From Paraspadella gotoi (lineage: Eukaryota > Animalia > Chaetognatha): 64,000 nucleotides of DNA. Below are positions 56,118-64,000 of the stretch, piece by piece. The translations under genes and the position numbers were made by a program. The stretch lies in NCBI GenBank assembly GCA_051294375.1, contig CM119264.1, positions 27,830,353 through 27,894,352 of the forward strand, given 5' to 3'. The notes below the pieces were generated by a model. It did not search any database. It had not been told where the DNA came from and saw only the letters and a list, made by a program, of their open reading frames with translations. Position 1 is the stretch's first letter. Each line of letters opens with the position of its first letter.

Positions 56118-56903
56118 GAAATTTCTTTTGCTTCTTTTTCTTCTCGCCGAAATCGTTTTCTCCGATCTCTTGGACAAGAAAGAGAAAATGAGTCTTTTCC
56201 CGGAAAGGGCGGTAATGAGCAGTCGACGACGACGACGAGACGACGACGGGGGGATACTACGTCGTTGATGATTGGAACGACGACGACGACGACGATGATG
56301 ATAACTCGACGGTTCTGATAACGAAATCTACGAAGACAACTGGTTTTCTTATGTACCTTATAAAATGAGCGAATGAACGAATCTCTGAATGATGGAATAA
56401 TTTTCTTGTGAAAAAAATATTTTCTTTAAATTTTAAGGCGTGAATAAATGTTGGGGGAAAAAAAATGAAATTATGAATTAGTGAAAACATGAAGGAATTA
56501 ATGAATTAAAAAAATGGATCGAATTAATATAAATATAAAAATGAATAACAAATATGTAAAATGTTAACAAATTAATGAAGATCAATATTTTTTAATGGAA
56601 TAAACAATAGATGAAAAAAATTAGTAAAGCAAGTGAACGAATTAAATTAGAATAAAAGAACAAAGACAAATAAACAAAAGAACAATCCCCAATTCTGCCT
56701 TCGTTTTTTTTTTCCTCCGCAGAACAAAACTGTCGTGGATTCTCTTCGATTTCTTCGCCAAAACGAAGAAAACCTCGAATGCCGGTGTTGGTGCCGGTCT
56801 GCCGACGCAACCGGCAGCATCGTCAACACGGCGGCGCCGACGCTGCCCACTCTGCCGACGCTGCCACCGACCGGCACCACGGGTGAGAGAGGAGAAGAGA
56901 GAG

Positions 56904-56958
<55 letters not shown>

Positions 56959-58569
56959 GAGAGACATCTCAACTGTCCACTCCCGACTCCAGGTCTACCC
57001 AGCCCGGATCAATGCTCGGGTCTAAACTCTAATCCTTTCCAAGGCTGCGGTCGACGAGTCTACGGAGAGACGGTGATCAATCGACCCGAGTCGTGGCGGG
57101 ATGAACGCCATGAGGGGTACCTTACCCTGCAGTTGAGTAATTAGATAATTTGAATAACAAATTTTGATAATAGTCATATTTTATTTTATTGGAAAAAGAG
57201 AAGAGGAGATAAGGAGAGACATAAAGAAAGACAGATTGATAAAAAAACACCAGACAGACAAAGAGACTGACAGATAGAAACAAAAAAAGATAAATATTAG
57301 TACAGACTGGCACACAAACAGGACAGACAGAGAGACAGGCGGTCAAATTGACTTCTTGCCCAAACAAAGGATGACATACTCTACATTGTACAGTCTACAA
57401 TCTAGAAAAAGATTCTCGCCTCAGCCGCGACTACAACAAACTGCAACAACAACAACAAAAAAAAACAATAACCAGAAAACAACAGCAGCAGCGTCAGCCG
57501 CAGCACTTTTCCTGCAGGTCTCAGTCCGGCGCAACGGACGTCACGTCTGCGGCGGCGCCATCGTCGCCGCGTCTCTCGTCATTTCCGCCGCCCACTGCTA
57601 TCAGCGCTCCAGGCGGGGTGGACCGTCGTCGCTGGCGACATTTCTCTTAGGTGACGAAAAGTTCCACTATTTTGTTATAAGGCCAAGCTCTATATCGAGG
57701 TTTCGTCAAAGTGAAAAAAAAGTTAAATTTACGTATACTTGGGGTTAAGGCGCGGTGTGGGCACAAGTAATGCTCATAGGATTGAACCAGTCACAACGAA
57801 CCCATTTCAAGTCTTTATATCAACTCGCCATTGGATGTGGTTGACTTTGCTCATTCCAGAAATGTTGCCGAACAACGTCTTAAAAAAATTAATCATTTGA
57901 TTTTCTTCCTGCAGATCGCGCGATTGCAGCCAGCAGACGGTCGACGTCGCAAGCATCAACAATCATCGAGGATTTTCGAGTCTCGAAAATGACATCACGA
58001 TCATCAAACTGTCGACGCCTTTGAGGTTCAACAACTTCGTTCAACCCGCTTGCTTGCCTCCGCAGAACTATCCCTACACTGGTGGAGAGAGAGAGAGCTT
58101 TTGTTTTCTTGCATGTTTATTTGTTTTCTTAATCTCTTGTTCATATCTTAATCTTTTTCTTTATTTTTACTTTAATTTTTTTTTCTATTTAAATCTATGA
58201 CTATAAGGCTATAAGGCGATTAGCTAAAGAGTCCTATCCGCAACTTCTTTAACCCTCTAGCAGCCATAGAACGGGTCCTGGCTTGGAACCAAGCTTGAGG
58301 GTTTCCCACACCCAAAGACGGTTTACGGCCGTCCTCATGCTTCCCACTGGTACGGGTAGGTTCTGGGGATCCGGTACCTAATGGTCATTGTGAGCCACCG
58401 GGTCACGACTACGGTTATAGCAATGCCCGACTACATTTCTAAATTTCTTTATAAATCCAGGCGGCACTCCCGCGCTGTTGTCCGGTTGGGGCCGGCAATG
58501 GGAGGGCGGCCCGAGTCCAGACAGACTTCAAGTGGCATCAAGTCCGATCATCGACGACGCAACGTGCAA
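56118..58569 (+). CDS. Secreted trypsin-like (S1A) serine protease, copy A, exons 1-6; the catalytic-Ser exon is not found
   Basis: Exons: ~56118-56352; 56723-56882; 56993-~57132 (GCGRR..PR-VVGG..PWQ); 57518-57650 (VSVRRNGRHVCGGAIVAASLVISAAHC, His motif); 57915-58081 (HRGFSSLENDITIIKLSTPLRFNNFVQPACLP, Asp motif); 58461-58569 (LLSGWGRQWEGGPSPDRLQVAS.PIIDDATC). Mostly canonical AG/GT sites (exon 3 donor corrupted), with a few indel frameshifts. Confidence 0.92.
58200..58434 (-). mobile_element. tRNA-derived SINE copy in a protease intron
   Basis: Reverse complement TGTAGTCGGGCATTGC..GTGACCCGGTGGCTCA..TGAGGACGGCCG..GGTTCCAAGCCAGGACCCGTTC matches 41715-41910. Confidence 0.78.
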
Positions 58570-59543
58570 GTACGTTACATCCGAATTTTTTAAAGAGGCT
58601 CAATTACATACGGATTTTTAAGGACGTTTAATTACATCCGGATAAAATCTTTTAATAATAGCGTCAACGGAATGGAATAATTCAAAACAATGATAATTCT
58701 AAATAATACATAATTACATAGGTTGCTTTAAAAAAGGGTTTTCAGCGATATTGGATTCACGGTTTGAAAAAATATTTTTGACACATTCATCTCGTTACGA
58801 TTATTTATCACAAAAACCCGTGACAGCTAGATTTCTGCTTTTGTCTTTTAATTTTTTTTTTTTTTCGATTTTAAAAACGATGTTAACGAGTTTTTTTAAA
58901 GTTTTAAATTTTTCGCGCCTCGTTTTATCTCTACGCTGCTGAAACATCGGATCTTCGAAAGGGCACAACGAGAAACAGGCAACGCGACTCAACCTTTGCT
59001 ACGTCTGATCAGGACCTCGAGACCAATTTGAATTCAGCCACGCCTCTCCCCGCCTCGTTTTTTTTTCGAAGGAGTTCTTCGACATGTCCGTCACGAGGCG
59101 AAACTTCAAACGCGTCTTCCAGTCGTACGTCCGCCCGAGACGTTCCCCGGCGCCATTGACGCCCCGCCCTCGCCAGGCGCCTCTCATTTCCTCGTTCCTC
59201 CACCCGTGAGAGAGAGTTCAAAGGGGCCTCAAATTGCCCGGCGCGCGAGAGTCTGTTCAGTCGGACAGAAAAGCGTCGCTCCTCGGGCACGATCGGATTG
59301 TGAGTACTGAAATGTGCGGACGGGAGAGGAAGTGAGTACGTAGAATCATTATTAAGGATATTAAGAGAGAAGCATCCTCTGTTATGGATTTGGGTATTTA
59401 ATGTTTAAATATACTTTTCTCTTAGAAAAAAAAATATCGTTCGATCGAAATCGCAAAATAAGCTGGCAAGGAAGAATCGAATAGTAGGAGACATTATCAA
59501 CTGAATATGTGCTTATATATTAGCTTATATATATATATGCTTA

Positions 59544-60880
59544 TATGAAATTGGTACAACCAATATAAAAATTATCCATTCATTTAATAAATAAGCTATC
59601 TTGCCTCTGACTTTGGACAGGCTTTGGTGGTTTAAGGCCTCCAATGACATAGCAGGTCCCTGAAAGCTTTTAATCAAGACTCTCTCAGTCTTTTTATTTC
59701 ACTCCCAAAGTACCTGGCTTCCCTATCAAACCTATTAGCTGATTGAATGTTTAAATTCTACATTAATTTTTGAAGGAAATCTGAATCTGGAATTTCGATT
59801 CAAGTTAGCGCCGATAACAGGTGTCTCGTTATTCGAAAAATAATTCATAATTTGAATATGAAGCCAAGTTTAAATTTTGATTTATCAATTATTATTAAAT
59901 TATTGATATTCCTTTTCAGAAATAAAAAGGAAGCAAACAGAGTCTGAGAAGCAAAAAGTCCGGAAATTCTTTGAAACGGCGGATTACTATGACAAATCAA
60001 ATCAAAAGGTCGATCCTCTTTTTTTTTTATATATAGTTTTACCTCGAAATTTGCATATAATTTCATGAAGATTTTAATTGATATTTTTATTCCCTTCGAT
60101 GATCGATAGCAGAAAAAGTCTCGAGGCTGCAAATGTCGATGTCGATGTCGATGCGAAATCAAATCGTGGACATTTCAGGAAGCGTTGGAATACTTACTCG
60201 CTATGTCTTTGGTTCTCCGCATTTTATTTTTAACCTATTTTATTTTCAATACAAAATTCTTTTCAAGTTGTCTTTTTTAGTTACATTTATGAAATTGGTA
60301 CAACCAATAAAAAAATAATTCATTTAATAAATAAGCTATCTTGCCCCTGACTTTGGATTTGTCTTTATGTGTTTAAGTCCTCCATCTTCTTACAAGATAA
60401 TGACATAGCAGGTCCCTGCAATCCTTCAATCAAGACTCACTCGGCTTCCCTATCAATGAAGTGGTATAATGTTTCAAAGAACGTTTTAATTGTATATAAA
60501 GATCTGGGAATACTATATTGTACTCCGCCCGGCATCGAAATACAAGAAGCTGAATTTTATGAAATTGGTACAACAATATAAAAATTTCCATTCATTTAAT
60601 AAATAAGCTATATTTCTTTAAAGTTATTCTACTTCAAAATGGGAAAAAAAATTATCAATATTTATTGACTTCTTCCATTTAATAATTTTTTTTTGGAAAC
60701 TTATGAGTTTAAGTCAAAATTTTTGGACATTATCAATCATGATCAGTTCATTTATATTCTATCATCATTTTATGAAATTTGTACAACCAATATAAAAATT
60801 ATCCATTCATTTAAATAAATAAGCTACCTTGCCCTGACTTTGGACAGGCTTTGGTGGTTTAATAATGACATATCAGGTCT
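59544..60880 (-). repeat. Cluster of four copies of a dispersed ~200-bp repeat (also at ~17215, 46560-46735, 51627-51800)
   Basis: Shared terminus TATGAAATTGGTACAACCAATATAAAAATTATCCATTCATTTAATAAATAAGCTATCTTG at ~59544, ~60288, ~60558 and ~60771. The other end is variably truncated. Confidence 0.8.
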
Positions 60881-61605
60881 GTCATCATTTCATCATCATC
60901 TCATTCTTAAGGGGGGTTCGCGGCGGCCAAGATTCTTCTCGGAATGTCCAAAGATGCGGAGCACTTCCAACAGCTCAAGCAACTTTGTAGAGAGAACTTA
61001 ATATCCAGTTAATGATCGGAGTGACCCGAAAAACGACTGCAGTTGCAATCACATCAGCTCGAGGTAGGGCTCGAGGAATTATCGTGTAATTTCTTGCTTG
61101 ACCAAGCATTGTATTGTTATTTCATAGATGTTCACTTTGTTTAGCCTTTTAGATATTATGACTTTTTTCGTTAATGATTTTCTAACAGGAATGATGTGCG
61201 ATATTTATATAAAAGACGAGGGCTGGAGGGTAATCTAACCAATTTTGTGTAGATGAGCACACTATTTTCTGAGGATAGCTAACAATTCTATCCCAATAAT
61301 CAATAAATAATATTTAATTTAAATAACGAAAGTTTCCATAGTATTTTAGAAATAGAAATTAAAAAAATTAAATAAATAAATCGTTAAACATTAATTATTA
61401 ATCAATTATTTAATATATTGAAATACAAAAGACTTGAGATAGTGTAACAAGTAAATTTTTTTCAATTTTCATAGATTAATTATTTTAAACAATAATTTCA
61501 TTTTGCTCAGGCGCAGAAACGAATTGGAAACTCTTTACAGAGCCTCCTACCTGAACAACTTCTCCGTAAATTTGGGAGAGCTCGCCATCTTTAATTACGT
61601 CGAGG
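59920..61605 (+). CDS. Unknown spliced gene or pseudogene: four phase-compatible exons
   Basis: 59920-60008 (IKRKQTESEKQKVRKFFETADYYDKSNQK); 60110-60211 (QKKSRGCKCRCRCRCEIKSWTFQEALEYLLAMSL); 60912-61063 (one in-frame TAA at 60999); 61511-61605 (RRNELETLYRASYLNNFSVNLGELAIFNYVE). All are AG/GT bounded, phases 1-0-0-2-1. No recognised domain. Confidence 0.5.
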
Positions 61606-61741
61606 GTAAGTTTGAATCGATCGAGTCTTCGTTGTCGTTTTCATCGTCGTCGTCGTCGTCGTCGCTTCATCTTTGTCATCGTTGTCGCTTGTGTCATTTC
61701 ATTGGTATTACATTTTCATCGTTCTTGTTCGTCGTTGACGG

Positions 61742-61921
61742 CAGTGGCTTCAACATTTTACTGTCATACCTCAATTTTGCTGTATGAGAGCATGCCCAGA
61801 CGAATGCAGGCAGTAGTCGATGCCGATGAAGGGCATACCAATTATTGAGAATGTTTTACCCATGTTGTGTATACTTTTTATGGAATAAATAAATTATGTT
61901 ATATACTTTTTTCCTAGATAG
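61742..61921 (+). mobile_element. 3' remnant of a Tc1-family DNA transposon (transposase C-terminus plus right end)
   Basis: LYESMPRRMQAVVDADEGHTNY-stop (ends 61848) matches the typical Tc1 transposase C-terminus (SMPxRxxAVIxAxGGxTKY). A repeated TATACTTTTT motif and a TA at 61922-61923 follow. Confidence 0.8.
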
Positions 61922-61923
61922 TA

Positions 61924-62349
61924 CAATTGTTTGAGCACTGTCTCTTGTTAGAAATTGGGCATTATCTTTTTTCAATGACTTGCAATTTTGGTTATAAGAA
62001 ATCTCATACTTCTCATGCAATGTTCCACTCTACGAACCTGCATAGATATTTTCATGTTCATGGTTCGGGTTTTACTAGTACATTATGGATTGTAGCAAGG
62101 TTTGACAAAGTGAATCATTATGTCTTTTACTAAGCTTATAATCGTGGATGCATTATGTTTCTTAAAAATCTTGGTATACTGGTTAGCAACTTAAAAGTAA
62201 TGTAGATGGAAAAGTACCATTAGTGATCATTTGTAGTGTCTTCTGGCGTACGCCAAGGAGGAGTCCTCAGTCCTTACTTATGGGCAGTATATGTCAACGA
62301 TTTATTTTGGACTAAAAAATCAGTTATGGTTGTTACATAGGACATATTT
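61924..62349 (+). mobile_element. Non-LTR retrotransposon (LINE) reverse transcriptase fragment, frameshifted
   Basis: LFEHCLL, (Q)FGYKK, FDKVNH (62101) and SGVRQGGVLSPYLWAVYVNDL (62242-62304) occur in RT motif order. The fragment runs into the gap. Confidence 0.9.
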
Positions 62350-62563
62350 NNNNNNNNNNNNNNNNNNNNNNNNNTTTATGCAAATTTTTCGACTTTTAAT
62401 TTCACCCCGAAAATTACAGCGTGAAAAAGAATAAGAAATAATCAATTCTCAAAGTCTGTCTCTCTCTCTCTCTTTCTTTCTTTTCTTTTTTTCTTTCTTT
62501 CTTTCTTTCTTTCTTCTCTTCTCTCTCTCTCTCTCTTCTTCTTTCTTCTTTCTTTCTTTCTTT

Positions 62564-62604
<41 letters not shown>

Positions 62605-62813
62605 TTTCTTTTCTTCTTTCTTTCTTTCTTTCTTCTCTCTCTCTCTCTCTCTCTCTCACAACACTCATTCTCTTCTCCTTCCCCTCAGACGCCTTTCCAC
62701 GTTTAACAGCAAAAAAATATCCTGTTTAAACAAAATAACGACTCAGGAAAAAAAAAACTAATAACGTAGCTCGAGAAAAAAAAAAGGAAAAAAAAATAAG
62801 GAAAAAAGAGAAA

Positions 62814-63605
62814 ATGAATTTTCTTTTGCTTCTTTTTCTTCTCGCCGAAATCGTTTCTCCGACTCTTGGACAAGAAAGAGAAAATGAGTCTTTTCCCGGA
62901 AATGCGGACGTTAATGAGTATGGCGTCGCCGACGACGACGACGACGACGACGACGGGGGATACTACGTCGTTGATGATGTGGACGACGACGACGACGACG
63001 ATGAAGATGATAAACTCGACGGATCTGATAACGAAATCTACGAAGACAACTGGTTTTCTTATGTACCTTATAAAATGAGCGAATGAACGAATCTCTGAAT
63101 GATGGAATAATTTTCTTGTGAAAAAAATATTTTCTTTAAATTTTAAGGGCGTGAATAAATGTTGGGGGAAAAAATGAAATTATGAATTAGTGAAAACATG
63201 AAGGAATTAATGAATTAAAAAAATGGATCGAATTAATATAATTAAATATAAAAATGAACAAACAAATATGTAAAAATGTTAACAAATTAATGAATACTCA
63301 ATATTTTTTAATGGAATAAACAATAGATGAAAAAAAATTAATAAAGCAAAGTGAACGAATTAAATTAGAATAAAAGAACAAAGACAAATAAACAAAAGAA
63401 CAATCCCCAATTCTGCCTTCGTTTTTTTTTCCTCCGCAGAACAAAACTGTCGTCGATTCTCTTCGATTTCTTCGCCAAAACGAAGAAAACCTCGAATGCC
63501 GGTGTTGGTGCCGGTCTGCCGACGCAACCGGCAGCATCGTCAACACCGCGGCGCCGACGATGCCCACTCTGCGGAGCTGCACTGACGACCGGCACCCGGT
63601 GTGAC

Positions 63606-63668
<63 letters not shown>

Positions 63669-63857
63669 AGAGAGATGAGAGAGACATCTCAACTGCTCCA
63701 ACTCCCGACTCCAGGTCTACCCAGCCCGGATCAATGCTCGGGTCTAAACTCTAATCCTTTCCAAGGCTGCGGTCGACGAGTCTACGGAGAGACGGTGATC
63801 AATCGACCCCGAGTCGTGGGCGGGATGAACGCCATGAGGGGTACCTTACCCTGGCAG
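62814..63857 (+). CDS. Secreted trypsin-like serine protease, copy B, exons 1-3 (continues beyond the window)
   Basis: Exon 1 62814-63062 has signal peptide MNFLLLLFLLAEIVSPTLG and a poly-Asp tract. Exon 2 from 63440 reads NKTVVDSLRFLRQNEENLECRCWCRSADA. Exon 3 63715-63857 reads CSGLNSNPFQGCGRRVYGETVINRPRVVGGMNAMRGTLPWQ. Region 62375-64000 duplicates 55687-~57280. Confidence 0.88.
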
Positions 63858-64000
63858 TTGAGTAATTAGATAATTTGAATAACAAATTTTGATAATAGTC
63901 AATATTTTATTTTATCGGAAAAAGAGAAGAGGAGAGAAGGAGAGACATAAAGAAAGACAGATTGATAAAAAAAAAACACAGACAGACATAGAGACTGACA

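Noticed and set aside
55687-64000. Genuine tandem protease paralogues
   Set aside because: Introns and flanks are as similar as exons, differences look like indel errors, and a 25-N gap separates the copies. An artefact is more likely, though a very recent duplication is not excluded.

Overview
This is AT-rich, microsatellite-dense DNA from a eukaryote, most likely an invertebrate animal (inferred from spliced GT-AG genes and the transposon types). It comes from a draft assembly with noisy, indel-rich stretches. Nearly all ORFs in the supplied track are read-throughs of (GA)n, (AAT)n or (GTC)n repeats. Best-supported gene: a spliced, secreted trypsin-family (S1A) serine protease with an Asp-rich N-terminus, present twice (about 56.1-58.6 kb and from 62.8 kb to the window end). 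Other genes: a three-exon orphan single-pass membrane protein (9043-12491), a phase-compatible exon chain of an unknown gene (59.9-61.6 kb), and weak traces of a minus-strand GPCR (3.2-7.3 kb). Mobile DNA: a TA-flanked Tc1/mariner-type MITE, the 3' half of a Gypsy-like LTR element next to its empty site, a second related LTR fragment, three tRNA-derived SINE copies, a Penelope-type minimal hammerhead motif, a dispersed ~200-bp repeat family, a Tc1 transposase remnant and a LINE RT fragment. Five gaps of exactly 25 N lie beside kb-scale near-identical duplications, so most duplications are probably gap-filling artefacts or haplotype pairs. I found no convincing new multi-gene system. The best leads are listed as findings with modest scores.
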